DNA of 64,000 nucleotides from contig CBDAOB010000003.1 in assembly GCA_965197905.1 (NCBI GenBank), positions 544,001-608,000 of the forward strand, written 5' to 3'. The stretch's first letter is position 1. Every line of letters starts with the position of its first letter. This DNA is from Candidatus Latescibacterota bacterium (GTDB taxonomy: Bacteria > Latescibacterota > UBA2968 > UBA8231). Below the pieces are notes generated by a model. The model was not told the DNA's origin, made no database searches, and saw only the letters and a program-made list of their open reading frames with translations. Positions 27,734-38,561 of the stretch are shown here, one piece after another. Both the position numbers and the translations under genes were made by a program.

Positions 27734-29974
27734 TCATCCTACTCCCTTAAGCTTCGCGACAACAACCTCGTGCAGATGCACCCGAGGCACGGTGACAGAC
27801 GACCCTCCCCCAGCCACCTCCAGGGCGACGCCTGCCAGAGGCAAGCGGGCGGCAGCGACCTCAAAATCATTGAAGCAGAGCTCGATGTCGTGCACCGGCG
27901 TCACCTCCTCCACAAAAAAATGGGTCGAGGAGGCGCCGCCAATACTGTTGGGCAGATGGGGCGCCGGATTATTGATCAGATGAATCATAAGCTCACCCGA
28001 CTCGCGTTTCGCGGCGGTAACCTCCACCGTCTTCGGAGCCTGAACGGCGATCGGAGGCGGCACTCGTTCTACGATTCGGGCAACAAACCGCTTGAGCGCG
28101 GGATACGGGTTGCGCTCGAAACTGCCACCCACATCGCCGTTGATGTAGATCGCCTGTCCCTTGCCGACCGGACGAACGGTTACCACCGGTTCCCCCGAAT
28201 CGAACTCCCCGTTCCGATCGTAGTGATCGACCGGATTGGGTTGATCGATACTGCAACGGGTAGCCAACACCTCCAGCTCTGCTCCGCCTCTTGGGGTCAT
28301 CTTCGATGCGCGACCGGTGAAACACATGAGCGGCCCGAATTCCGTGGCGAGGCTCTGGTCCTGCAGTACGTAGACCACCGCATGGTCATCGCCGTCGGCT
28401 GCGGGTCCGGCGTAGTCCAGCCCAAAGAGCTCCGCCAGGCCGAAGTTCTCCCGTTTTTGTCCCAGCTCGTCCAGCAGGGAGGTTTGGTGGGTGGCGATCA
28501 ACGTGCCGCCATTCTGGACAAACCGGTCGATAACGCCGCACTGCTGGTCAGAGAGGCAGGCGCTGTTCGAGAGGAATAGGACCTTGAACGGAGCGAGAAT
28601 TTCCTCGGTCAATTGTTCATCAAAAACTACGTCCGTCAATAGTTGGGACGGACCCAGCATGTCGTAGGTGGCGCGGACGCGGTCGGCATAGACGTTGCGC
28701 ACGTATTTGTTCTTCTCGGCCCACTTCTGTTTCTCTTCGGTGTCGTAGAGCTCCGCATCCCGATGGCCAAACTGAAACTCACCGGGCAGGAAGTCCATGG
28801 AGCTCTGGGAGAGATGAAGCGCCACGTACTTGACCGTCTCTCCCCCCATATAGTCTACCCGCTGTTTCACTTCCGCGAAGACTCGCTTGATGAAATCGGC
28901 GCGCAGATCGACGGCGTACTGCATCCCGCAGAAGAAGAATCCACCGCCGTGCGCAACGGCGGTGAGACCGTAGAGCGCCGGGCTGTACGGTTCCGCGTGC
29001 GGCGGGAATCCCCAGCACGATCCATCGAGGCCCTGGGTGCTGGAGCGCCAAAGACCGAACGGCGAGCCGTGGGCGCGGGCGATCTTGGCGCTGAAACCGC
29101 CCCGGTGCTCGATGGTCCCCCATCCCGACTCGATAAAGAAGTAGCCACCCACCTTCTCCAGACCCAGCGGATTGAACGGCGCCGCCATGCCCCACTTGGC
29201 CTGCTCGCCGTAGTAATTGAAATCCATGATGGTAAGGGGATGGTTGGTGCGCACGCCGCTGACGACGTGGACAAGGAACTCGCGCACCTTGTCGTAGCGC
29301 CACACCACAAAGCGCCGGAAATCAATGGAATCGAAATCGATCTTCTGGGGAATCTCTCGTCCGGTTTCGCTGGCGTAGATCTCCTTGCAATAATCGCAGG
29401 TGCAGGCGGTGTATAGGGGCTGGCCTTCATGGGAGCCCCAGTTCATGTCATCGAAGAAGAACCCGTCCAGGTCCAGATGATCGAGGTACTCGCTGAGGTA
29501 CTTCACGATCCAGTCGCGATACGGAGTATTGAAGCAGAACCAATCCAGGTTCTCGGGTCCCGGCCCGATCCCTTCCGGCCGGTCGTCTTCCAACCACTGC
29601 ATCATCCATTCCGGGTGCATCGGCTTGAGCGGTTTGGTGTAGATCATCGGATAGTAGGCGATGACCAGCATGCCCCGCTCGTGGGCCAAATCCAGGAATC
29701 GCGGAATGAGATCGTAGTCGGCTTTCTCGTACGGAGGCAGGATCTTCGACGGATAGTACGGCGTGCCCCGGTCGTGTTCGCCCCCGATGATCTGGACGTC
29801 GAGACCGACCTCCTGCATCAGGTCAAAGTGCTCCTCCATGGTTGGGGCCGGATAATGCTCGTCGTCCGAGCCGTAGGCCAGACAGAGTGGATAATGCTCC
29901 GATCGGCAGATCTGCTCTTCGTACGGTTTCGCCGTGAGACGTTCTACTCTACTGGGAATCTTGCCTATTGCCAT
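27734..29974 (-). CDS. Putative glycoside hydrolase (GHL6/GH42-like TIM barrel plus trimerisation domain)
   Basis: YYPSK, CFNTPYRD, DGFFFD, CTCDYC, LSNSACLSD, FVQNGGTLIAT.TSL.DE.G. Confidence 0.75.
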   Translation of the reverse strand: MAIGKIPSRVERLTAKPYEEQICRSEHYPLCLAYGSDDEHYPAPTMEEHFDLMQEVGLDVQIIGGEHDRGTPYYPSKILPPYEKADYDLIPRFLDLAHERGMLVIAYYPMIYTKPLKPMHPEWMMQWLEDDRPEGIGPGPENLDWFCFNTPYRDWIVKYLSEYLDHLDLDGFFFDDMNWGSHEGQPLYTACTCDYCKEIYASETGREIPQKIDFDSIDFRRFVVWRYDKVREFLVHVVSGVRTNHPLTIMDFNYYGEQAKWGMAAPFNPLGLEKVGGYFFIESGWGTIEHRGGFSAKIARAHGSPFGLWRSSTQGLDGSCWGFPPHAEPYSPALYGLTAVAHGGGFFFCGMQYAVDLRADFIKRVFAEVKQRVDYMGGETVKYVALHLSQSSMDFLPGEFQFGHRDAELYDTEEKQKWAEKNKYVRNVYADRVRATYDMLGPSQLLTDVVFDEQLTEEILAPFKVLFLSNSACLSDQQCGVIDRFVQNGGTLIATHQTSLLDELGQKRENFGLAELFGLDYAGPAADGDDHAVVYVLQDQSLATEFGPLMCFTGRASKMTPRGGAELEVLATRCSIDQPNPVDHYDRNGEFDSGEPVVTVRPVGKGQAIYINGDVGGSFERNPYPALKRFVARIVERVPPPIAVQAPKTVEVTAAKRESGELMIHLINNPAPHLPNSIGGASSTHFFVEEVTPVHDIELCFNDFEVAAARLPLAGVALEVAGGGSSVTVPRVHLHEVVVAKLKGVG

Positions 29975-30102
29975 CGTCGCCTTCCTCGGTCTGGTGAGTC
30001 GAAGTCGCAGCAGGCAAGATCGTCATTCCTCATCACGCCGGAAAGATGCGGCTACATTTTCGCTTGCTTTCGCTTTGGGCAACTTCCATTACCTTTTTTG
30101 AT

Positions 30103-32037
30103 ATGATTGCCATCTCCAATCTCGCCAAAGCCTACGGCGACCGAACCCTCTTCGCCGGCGTGTCAGTGCGTCTGAACCCCGGCGAAAAGTACGGTCTCGT
30201 CGGTGCCAACGGCTCTGGAAAGACAACACTCCTGGACATCCTTGCCGGCGACCTCGAGGCCAGCGAAGGCGAGGTGATGTTGCCCAAGCGAGTCCGCATG
30301 GGGGTGTTGCGCCAGGACCAATTCCTTTACGAGAATCAAAAGATCATCAACGTTGCCCTGATGGGGAATCAGGAACTGTGGAAGGTGATGGAACAAAAGG
30401 AGGGGCTGCTGGCAAAGGCGGAGAAGGAGTTCGACGCCGACCGGTTCTCGGCGCTGGAAGAGACCATCGAGCGGTTGGACGGATACTCGGCGGAGTCACG
30501 GGCGGCGGCCATTTTGGAAGGTCTTGGATTGCCCGCCGAGCTGCATTACGATCCACTGTCTACTCTATCGGGGGGGTTTAAACTCCGGGTCCTGTTGGCG
30601 CAGGTGTTGGCCAGCAATCCGGACGTGTTGCTGCTGGATGAGCCCACCAACCATCTGGATATCCTGTCCATCCGTTGGCTCGAGATCTTCCTTCGCGATT
30701 ACGCCGGGACGCTGGTCGTGATATCCCACGACCATCGGTTCCTCGACAATGTGACCACCCACATCCTCGATGTGGATTACGAGACCGTGCAGCTGTACCG
30801 CGGCAACTACACCTCTTTTGTCGATGCCAAACGGACCGAGCGCGCTCGGCGAGAGAAGGAGATCGCCGGCCGCGAAAAGGATATCGCCCACCACCAGAAG
30901 TTCGTCGACCGATTCAGGGCGAAGGCATCTAAGGCGAGGCAAGCCCAGAGTAAGCTGCGCATGATCGAAAAGAAAGCGGAGGAGCTAGACGTATTGCCTA
31001 CCAGCTCCCGCCGGTACCCCACCTTTCGGTTTGAACAGATTCGCGACAGCGGCCGCGACGTGCTCAAGATCGAGGGGATCAAGAAAGCGTTCGGCGACAA
31101 CGAGGTGCTGCACGGGGTCGACCTCCTGGTGCGTCGCGGCGATCGGCTGGCGATCATGGGCCCCAATGGCATCGGCAAATCTACGCTCCTGAAGATCGTC
31201 ATGGGCGACCTGGAAGCGGACGCCGGCGAGGTCGAATGGGGCTACGAAACCCATCCTGGTTATTTCGCCCAGGACCACCGGGAGCAGTTCGAGTCACCCA
31301 ATGCCAGCGCCGAAAGCTGGCTGGGTCAGTTCTGTCCCGACAAAGGGATCGGGTTCGTGCGCTCGCAGATGGGCCGGGTTCTTTTCACTGGCGACGACGG
31401 CAAGAAACGCTTGAGCTCGCTCTCCGGTGGAGAGGCGGCGCGCCTGGTCTTCAGCCGGCTGGCGATCACCCAGCCGAATGTGCTCGTGCTGGACGAGCCG
31501 ACGAACCACCTGGATCTGGAGTCGATCGAGGCTCTTGTGGGTGCGCTGAAGCACTACGCTGGCACGGTCATCCTCGTTTCACACGATCGCTGGCTGGTGG
31601 GACAGCTGGCAACTCGGATCGTGGAGATCAAACCGGATGACATCCTCGACTACCAGGGAACCTACGAGGAGTACGTGCACTTCTGCGGCGACGACCACCT
31701 GGATGCGGACCAGGTTATTCTGAAGGCGCGCAGAGAGAAGCCGAAGAAAGGGTCACGGCAAAAGCAGTCCGCAAGCAACGGCAAGTCGAAGCAGCAACAA
31801 GAGCGAGAGCGGCGACAGACCGAGGAGCGCAGAACCGAGCTCTTGGTAAGCATCGAAACGGCGGAGTCGCGTATTGCCGAGATCGACGGCATCTTTTGCG
31901 ATCCGAGCTATTACGAGCAGACTCCCCGTGACGAAGTGAACGCGCTGGAAGCAGAACGCTCGCACTGCGAGCGCGAATTGACCGCGCTCCTGGAAGAGTG
32001 GGAGAAGATCGAGGAAAGGGTCGAGACCGAGAGCTAG
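30103..32037 (+). CDS. ABC-F family ribosome-associated ATPase
   Basis: Two NBDs (GANGSGKTT, GPNGIGKST; LSGG; LLLDEPTNHLD twice), no TM segments, C-terminal coiled coil. Confidence 0.96.
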   Translation: MIAISNLAKAYGDRTLFAGVSVRLNPGEKYGLVGANGSGKTTLLDILAGDLEASEGEVMLPKRVRMGVLRQDQFLYENQKIINVALMGNQELWKVMEQKEGLLAKAEKEFDADRFSALEETIERLDGYSAESRAAAILEGLGLPAELHYDPLSTLSGGFKLRVLLAQVLASNPDVLLLDEPTNHLDILSIRWLEIFLRDYAGTLVVISHDHRFLDNVTTHILDVDYETVQLYRGNYTSFVDAKRTERARREKEIAGREKDIAHHQKFVDRFRAKASKARQAQSKLRMIEKKAEELDVLPTSSRRYPTFRFEQIRDSGRDVLKIEGIKKAFGDNEVLHGVDLLVRRGDRLAIMGPNGIGKSTLLKIVMGDLEADAGEVEWGYETHPGYFAQDHREQFESPNASAESWLGQFCPDKGIGFVRSQMGRVLFTGDDGKKRLSSLSGGEAARLVFSRLAITQPNVLVLDEPTNHLDLESIEALVGALKHYAGTVILVSHDRWLVGQLATRIVEIKPDDILDYQGTYEEYVHFCGDDHLDADQVILKARREKPKKGSRQKQSASNGKSKQQQERERRQTEERRTELLVSIETAESRIAEIDGIFCDPSYYEQTPRDEVNALEAERSHCERELTALLEEWEKIEERVETES

Positions 32038-32039
32038 TG

Positions 32040-32354
32040 CTATTCCTCCTGCACGAGTCTTTCCACGATTTCAGGACAGTCGGGCGCTAAATTGTCTCGT
32101 TCGTTGTTGCGTAAATCGTAGAGTATGGGCGGTCGCTCCCGCTGCAGTCGGGCTGCCTTCTCAGGCGTGACCACCATCGGTTCCAACTGAAACCCGCCCG
32201 TGCGCAATTTCGGATCGTACCCCAGGATCAACTTGAACCGCCCATCGTAGGCCAGTCGCCACGATCCCAACCCCGAAGCAGCAGCCTTTCGGTGATATTC
32301 CTCCTCGCCCGACAACGTCGCGAAACAGCTTGAAGACGAACTCCTGAAGCTCAT
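32040..32354 (-). pseudogene. C-terminal fragment of a sulfatase-like gene
   Basis: SGLGSWRLAYDGRFKLI...PILYDL...DNLAPDCPEIVERL resembles sulfatase C-termini; there is no catalytic N-terminal part. Confidence 0.55.
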
Positions 32355-32510
32355 CTATCGGAACCAACTTCTCGCGATGGGATCGATCTTCCCAGTCTGC
32401 GAATCCTTCTCAATCTTTCCCTGGCTCAGCCATTTCCGCACCATCGCCTCGCTGGCACCTCGCTTCTTGGCGTACGCACGGTTGGACAGGTGTTCGGCGG
32501 TATCAATCAA
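32355..32510 (-). pseudogene. 51-aa HTH fragment resembling the N-terminus of phage terminase small subunit (Nu1-like) proteins
   Basis: GGAG plus TTG start; reads LSNRAYAKKRGASEAMVRKWLSQGKIEKDSQTGKIDP, similar to the SxRAYARHRGVSxxAVRKAIxxGRI pattern. Confidence 0.5.
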
Positions 32511-32814
32511 AGGGATAACTCCAAGCTACCGGGAAGCCGTCACCTCCCCGGCAGCCCAGAACACGAAAACGGGCACCGCACGCGTGGCGACGGCACCCGT
32601 TATTTCGTTGAAATGCTCAAATGCTAACTAAGACGGGCACATCCTCTCTGTCAAGACAGGGTTGTGAGAGCGCAGAATTTGCTTGGTGCTATTAATCTCG
32701 AAATCTATCTTGGGGAAATGGATTCGATCAGTACGTGCGGGCGACGGCCTGACGCGTGTTGACGAGATTCTTCTTTGCCAATCCTGATCGAAACCGCCAT
32801 CCAACGAGACGAGC

Positions 32815-35800
32815 ATGATCGGGGAAGCTGGAAACCCGGGACACACGGTGTCCGTACGGTCTAGTTCCGGATCGAGTCTGATCTTTCCAGCCACGGTTTT
32901 TCTTACTGCGGCCATTATTGGTATCGCTGCTGCTGTCTCGCAGGCCGAATCTTTGCCCCTCTTCATCAGCGCGGACCACGGCGCCGGAGATGCTCGCGAA
33001 ACGAAAGCGCACCAGCCGCTATGGTTCGAAGTCGGCGATCCATCGTGGCAACCCAGGATTCAACCGCGCGGAGATCTCAGCGGTGAAACAACGGTCCGCG
33101 TTCGTTTTCCGGTACCCGCCAAGAAAGCGCCCATTCGCTTCGGCATCCCACTCGGCCAGGTACCCTCGGCTCGAAACGTCGCTCTCTTCGACGACGCCGG
33201 CCGCGAGATTCCGGCGGACGTGTTCCCTCTGGTCAACTTCGACACGTCAGCGCTCAACTGGGTGCTGATCGCCGCGGTGCTGGATGCCCGTGTCGCCGGT
33301 GAAGCGGAGCTAACGATTCACTGGGGACCCGAGGTGAAACGTTCCGATCCGCAACGCCAGATAAGGACCGTCGAATCGGACACGGAGGTGCAGTTCGCTG
33401 CAGGCGCAGTGGAATTCACCTTGTCCGGCGCTAATCTGATCTCTGACATTCGATCATCTACGGGCCAGCAGTTCTTCGGCGCGACCGGCGGAAGAGTGGG
33501 TTTCGAAATCAAGGGAAGACCTACGGCTAATTCGGCCCCTCTTGGTGTCTATCGCCAGGAGCGGGACGAGGCTGCCATCGTGAAGCTGTTCGATGGCCCA
33601 CACTACAAGAGGTACCGAGTATCATCCCGATTTTTTCACAGCCAACGGCTCAACCGACCATTTCGGTTGCACTTCGAAGTGGAGACCTGGGCGGACAGCC
33701 CCTACCTGATGGTCCACTCCCGCTTCATCAACGAAACCTTCAAGGAAACGATGAGCGATCTGGTCCTGTTCGCTTTTGCGCCCGGCGGCGCCAACCATAC
33801 GGCCGCAGTATCGGGCGTTGATGAGGACGAATTTTCAGGAGGGACGGAGATGTCGGTACGCCAGCGCCGCGATGAGTGGGTGGTGCGCGCGGACGGCGCC
33901 GACTTGGCTCGCGGACTCGAAAACGATCTGGGAGAGTGGGCGCGGATCGCGCGAGACGGCGAGGCCGTTACCCTGGTGGTTCCCGATTTTCAAGGCTTCG
34001 GTCCCGCGGAGCCCGATCTCGAATCGGTCCTGAGCGCCACTGCAGGCGGTGGCCTGGAGCTGCGGCATTACAGCCCGCTCAATAGCGGAACGAACACTGG
34101 TGGTACGATCACCTTCTGGAACTCGGCGGCGCGCACCTTCCGCATGGCGCTTCATGCCGGCCCCGACTCGCTCTCGGGCCCCGCCGTAGCGGTGCCGATC
34201 AGGCAGCTGCCCTCAATTCAGTACGACCGTGCGTTTCTCACGTCACAGGGTACCTTCGCCGAAGACCGCGTCACCCGCATTTACGACCAGGTCACGCTGG
34301 AGGGCACTCGTTACTTCGACCGCGCCCGGGCGTTGCGACAGGATTACCCGCGTCTGGGACGGGGAATGCCTCCGCAGAAAGGGGAGGGATTCGAGAAGCC
34401 GTTCACCAATACCGGCGGCATGCTGTTCGGCGAGGTCTGGCAATACATGGAGCCGAACGGCGCCTGGAACAAGAGTTGGATTCCAAAGCAGAAGAGCGAG
34501 GGCAATCTGCCCCACTGGTACGAGCCGGTGGACCGCGCCGGTTTCGCCACCTACCGGGTCGGTGATCACTCCATGGCGATGGCCTACAGTTACCTGCGCA
34601 CCGGCGATCGCCAAGTCTTCGAGATCTTCCGCGACCATTCCTTGCTCTATGCTGATTGGGCCGTCTCCCATCCCACCGGCAGCGTCCACTATTACGCCAA
34701 CTGGACCGGGAAACCTCACGTCTACGTGCGGTTGGCGGGACCGATCATCGCCTATCTGGTGGACGGCGACCCGTGGCTGTTGGAAACGGCCGAGCAAATG
34801 GGTGCCTACCTGGTGCGGCAGTGGAACGGGAAAAACCCGTCCGATCGCGAATCCCGCTCTGCCTATCCCATCCGTGGATTGACCTGGCTCTACGAAGTGA
34901 CCGGACATCGGGGTTACTGGAACGATGCCGTCGACCGCGTCTTGTGGTTCATCGACGGCGCCCTAACCGACAGCGATCAGGTTCGCGGCGTCGTCAGGGA
35001 AAACGATCGACTGAGCATGTTGTATGCGGGATACGCCCTCGTAGGATTGAGCAATGTCCACGAGCGCACCGAAAACGAATCGCTGTTGGCTTCCATGAAG
35101 AGGGTGGGGGATTGGCTTATTCAGGTTCAAGGCAAGTACGACGGTCCCTTCACTGTCAACACAGGCACCTGGGCGGCGGACGAGAAGCGCGGCTCGCGAA
35201 CCATGGTGGGTCCCGGCAATGTGGGAACGACAACTCTCTGTGCAGAGGTCCAGAGCTACCTGGCCCAGGTAACCGGGGAGCAGAGATATTTCTACAGCGG
35301 CGCAGCGGCGTGGGCGAACATCGTGACCGCCAGTCGCCACAACTGGATCAAAGGCGGGTTGCCGATGCAGACGGAAAACCGCTGGCGCACCGGCACCTGG
35401 TCGGATAAGCTGGCTCCCTACCTGCATCGGATGCCGGCGCTGGCGACGAAACATGGGTGGCCGTTCGTGGTCGAAGGTGTGTTCGATCCCAATGCGGCGG
35501 AAGGTCAGACCGTCGTGGTATTCGTCGGCGCCGAAGGCCGTTTCGAGAACGACACCCTGGTTCAGCCGATGTTTGCAGGGAACAAAGAGCCGGTCCGGAT
35601 CCCGTTGTGGTCCTCCGCCACACCGACCGAAATGCGCTACAACGGCGAAGCAATCGAATTCTCAACTAGGAATGGCGACGGTGTCACTTACCTCACCTTG
35701 CCAGGTGAGGCCGAACCTGGTATCCTCGAGGTGCGGTTCCGTGGTACGGGCAACACGAGTGTGAAATCGCACGAAGCGGGTCTGCCCGGACGGTTTGTCT

Positions 35801-36066
35801 TGGAACAGAATTACCCAAACCCGTTCAACGGTGGTACGGTGATTCCTTTTGCAGTTCCAGATGAGACCGAGATTGCGCTGGAGGTCTACAATCTCGCCGG
35901 CCAGCGATTGGTAACCCTCCGGCACGGGCCAGTTCAACCGGGCCGGCACGAGGTGCACTGGAATGGCCGACACGCCAACGGCCGGCGACCCGCCAGCGGC
36001 CTCTACCTCTATCGTCTGTGCGTCGGACAGAGGGAGCAGGTGCGCAAGCTTCTCTTGATACAGTAG
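32815..36066 (+). CDS. Large secreted protein (possible (alpha/alpha)-barrel glycan lyase/hydrolase) with C-terminal FlgD-Ig/sorting domain
   Basis: N-terminal hydrophobic stretch, PIRFGIPLG, helical repeats YLRTGD/YEVTG/QVTGEQRY, C-terminal LEQNYPNPFN...ASGLYLYRL...RKLLLIQ. Confidence 0.75.
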   Translation: MIGEAGNPGHTVSVRSSSGSSLIFPATVFLTAAIIGIAAAVSQAESLPLFISADHGAGDARETKAHQPLWFEVGDPSWQPRIQPRGDLSGETTVRVRFPVPAKKAPIRFGIPLGQVPSARNVALFDDAGREIPADVFPLVNFDTSALNWVLIAAVLDARVAGEAELTIHWGPEVKRSDPQRQIRTVESDTEVQFAAGAVEFTLSGANLISDIRSSTGQQFFGATGGRVGFEIKGRPTANSAPLGVYRQERDEAAIVKLFDGPHYKRYRVSSRFFHSQRLNRPFRLHFEVETWADSPYLMVHSRFINETFKETMSDLVLFAFAPGGANHTAAVSGVDEDEFSGGTEMSVRQRRDEWVVRADGADLARGLENDLGEWARIARDGEAVTLVVPDFQGFGPAEPDLESVLSATAGGGLELRHYSPLNSGTNTGGTITFWNSAARTFRMALHAGPDSLSGPAVAVPIRQLPSIQYDRAFLTSQGTFAEDRVTRIYDQVTLEGTRYFDRARALRQDYPRLGRGMPPQKGEGFEKPFTNTGGMLFGEVWQYMEPNGAWNKSWIPKQKSEGNLPHWYEPVDRAGFATYRVGDHSMAMAYSYLRTGDRQVFEIFRDHSLLYADWAVSHPTGSVHYYANWTGKPHVYVRLAGPIIAYLVDGDPWLLETAEQMGAYLVRQWNGKNPSDRESRSAYPIRGLTWLYEVTGHRGYWNDAVDRVLWFIDGALTDSDQVRGVVRENDRLSMLYAGYALVGLSNVHERTENESLLASMKRVGDWLIQVQGKYDGPFTVNTGTWAADEKRGSRTMVGPGNVGTTTLCAEVQSYLAQVTGEQRYFYSGAAAWANIVTASRHNWIKGGLPMQTENRWRTGTWSDKLAPYLHRMPALATKHGWPFVVEGVFDPNAAEGQTVVVFVGAEGRFENDTLVQPMFAGNKEPVRIPLWSSATPTEMRYNGEAIEFSTRNGDGVTYLTLPGEAEPGILEVRFRGTGNTSVKSHEAGLPGRFVLEQNYPNPFNGGTVIPFAVPDETEIALEVYNLAGQRLVTLRHGPVQPGRHEVHWNGRHANGRRPASGLYLYRLCVGQREQVRKLLLIQ

Positions 36067-36247
36067 TACCCGCCAGATCTTCTTCTCCAGCTCTGCCTGG
36101 GATTGAACGCCCTCGCATGTACCATTGGTGCGAACTAGGCACGCACCTTTTCTCCGTCAGATCTCCTGATCTCGCGCGATCTATCTCTTTGTCGCGGTTG
36201 CACTTACCTGTCCACGCTGATCAACTTGCACCAGACAGGAGTTCGGT

Positions 36248-37240
36248 TCAGACCTCCAGCGCGCGCTCCACATCGATGCGACCGGCGGCGACCGCGCCCC
36301 TAAAATGCTCGACGGTATCGCGCACCCCGTCCCCCAGCGAGCGCCAGCGGATTCCCGGTATGGCCGCATTGAGGGCAGAATCATTCACGTCATCGGGATG
36401 GGGCAGAATCTGTGGATCGTAGCTGATGCGTCCCCGGGATTCGGGAACTACCGTCTCGATGGCATCGACCACCTCCTGCATCGGCGCCGCACTCCCACCC
36501 AGATTGAAGACCGGAGCCCCCTCGAGGCGCGTGCGCGCTGCAAGAATCATGGCGGCTGCCACGTCGTCGGCATGGTGAAACACCAGTTGACTGCCGTAGG
36601 TGATCCGATATCCCCGTCCGATGGCCGCGGCCAGCATCGCTTTGGTGGGAGTCGAGGTCCAACCCTGATCACGCCCGGGACCGTATACGACACACGGTCG
36701 CAGGCCGATGCTATATAGTTGCTGCTCGCGCCAGTAGATGGCTGCCGTACCCTCATTGGCCTGCTTGAAAACGGCATATAAACTTGGGGGTGTAAGGGGC
36801 GCGTCGTGGGCAATTGGTCCCGGCGGATAGTTCACCGGATCCCCGTAGACCGCGAACGAGCTAGCGTAGACCAGGCCCTCTACCTGATCGGTGTGCCGGT
36901 GAGCAGTTTCCAGCACGACGGTAGTACCCACCACATTTACCCGAGCCCCACCAACCGGATCGGCGCGCACCAGCGGTACCTGCAAGGCAGCCAGGTGAAT
37001 GATATGGCTGATGCCGTTTTCCACCACGACCCGATCGAAATGGTCGGCGTCGGTGATGTCGCCATCCACCTGCTTGACCTGCAACATGGTTTCGTCGTCC
37101 ATCACGAGCCGGAAGCGGTGGGGATCCCCGGGAAGATCATACGTCCACACCGGTACACCCTCGGCCACCAGCCTGCGTACCGCCCACGCCCCCACACATC
37201 CGTAGGCCCCGGTGATCAGGAATCGTTCCTCCGCCATCAC
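36248..37240 (-). CDS. NAD-dependent epimerase/dehydratase
   Basis: LITGAYGCVG, IIHLAA, YAVFK, VYGPG. Confidence 0.92.
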   Translation of the reverse strand: MMAEERFLITGAYGCVGAWAVRRLVAEGVPVWTYDLPGDPHRFRLVMDDETMLQVKQVDGDITDADHFDRVVVENGISHIIHLAALQVPLVRADPVGGARVNVVGTTVVLETAHRHTDQVEGLVYASSFAVYGDPVNYPPGPIAHDAPLTPPSLYAVFKQANEGTAAIYWREQQLYSIGLRPCVVYGPGRDQGWTSTPTKAMLAAAIGRGYRITYGSQLVFHHADDVAAAMILAARTRLEGAPVFNLGGSAAPMQEVVDAIETVVPESRGRISYDPQILPHPDDVNDSALNAAIPGIRWRSLGDGVRDTVEHFRGAVAAGRIDVERALEV

Positions 37241-37479
37241 CTATCTCACTCCGGAATCTTCATGAAATTCAAACGCTTCGGGGTAAATCATCAAACTCAC
37301 ATCGCGCGAGTAACTAAAGCTACTTCTACGGGCGTGCAAGCACCCGAGCCCGGCCCGGCTTGACTCACTCTTCGCCGTTGGCGTAGGTTGGACGGCCGGA
37401 GATGCGTGCCCGCATCAGGTTCCGGCGAATTCAGTGTTGATACACCGGTCACACAACAAACGAACACAACCGATCTGAC

Positions 37480-38013
37480 ATGCCAGACACCTCACAGCTT
37501 CCCCACCTGTTGAAGCTGCTCGATGACGAGTCGGCGACCGTACAGAAAGCGGTGGCCGGTGCCCTGGCAGCGTTCGGGCCGGAGCTGTACGCAGAGCTTG
37601 GACGACTATCTGCACCCCCCGATGAGTTGCAACTGCTGCAGATTCGCCAGTTGGTCGCAGCCCACGCCGAGGACATTGCCCCGGAGGATCCGGACGCTTC
37701 GGAACCACACTTTCGCCCGGGACAGCTGGTCAAACACCGCCGGTACAACTATCGGGGCGTGGTTGTGGATCTGGACCAGAGCTGCCAGGCCGACGACGAT
37801 TGGTACCTCGCCAACCGCACCCAACCCGGGCGGGACCAACCGTGGTACCACGTCCTGGTGCACGATTCGAACCAGGTCACCTACGCTGCGCAGACCAGCC
37901 TCGAGGAAGATGACTCACAGGCAGAAATCGCACATCCTCTGGTGCCCCACTTCTTCTCCGACTTCGGTAATGGCGAGTACCTCCGCAACGACACGCCCTG
38001 GCCCCGTTCGTAA
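37480..38013 (+). CDS. hspQ: HspQ/YccV-like protein with N-terminal helical extension
   Basis: FRPGQLVKHRRYNYRGVVVDLD, QPWYHVLV, TYAAQTSL, HPLV..FF. Confidence 0.85.
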   Translation: MPDTSQLPHLLKLLDDESATVQKAVAGALAAFGPELYAELGRLSAPPDELQLLQIRQLVAAHAEDIAPEDPDASEPHFRPGQLVKHRRYNYRGVVVDLDQSCQADDDWYLANRTQPGRDQPWYHVLVHDSNQVTYAAQTSLEEDDSQAEIAHPLVPHFFSDFGNGEYLRNDTPWPRS

Positions 38014-38034
38014 CCGTCCCGCTTATCGACAACC

Positions 38035-38475
38035 TCAGGAAGCAGTCGTTTTAGGCTGTACCAGGTTATCCGGTAGCTCCCGCACGAAATCGTGAATCTC
38101 GTCACGCACCCGGCGATAATGTGCGAGCCCCGCTTCTTCTGACGTCGCATCTTGGGCAAGCCGAGGCGGATCGTCAAAGGGAACGTGTACTAGCGTGCTG
38201 CCGGGAAAGACGGGACACTTTTCTTGGGCTTCATCGCAAACCGTTATTACATAATCGAACGCAACGCCGGCGAACTCTTCCACCTGTTTGGAGCGATGCT
38301 GCCCGATATCAACCCCGGCTTCCGCCATCACCTTCACGGCGTTGGGGTTCAAACCGTGGGTCTCGACGCCCGCCGAATCTGCTTCAACCTCCGTGCTCTT
38401 GAGAGCTCGTGCAAACCCTTCCGCCATCTGACTGCGACAGGAGTTTCCGGTGCACAAGAACAGGATCTTGACCAT
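38035..38475 (-). CDS. arsC: Arsenate reductase (LMW phosphatase family)
   Basis: ILFLCTGNSCRSQMAEG, VITVCD, CPVFP, FDDP. Confidence 0.92.
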   Translation of the reverse strand: MVKILFLCTGNSCRSQMAEGFARALKSTEVEADSAGVETHGLNPNAVKVMAEAGVDIGQHRSKQVEEFAGVAFDYVITVCDEAQEKCPVFPGSTLVHVPFDDPPRLAQDATSEEAGLAHYRRVRDEIHDFVRELPDNLVQPKTTAS

Positions 38476-38561
38476 TTCGAAAAGTAGAGCTGCTTGAAAG
38501 CTTTGTCTAAATTGACTCCCAGGGCAGCCATGACGGTCACGAAGCTTCGAGGTTTGCAACC

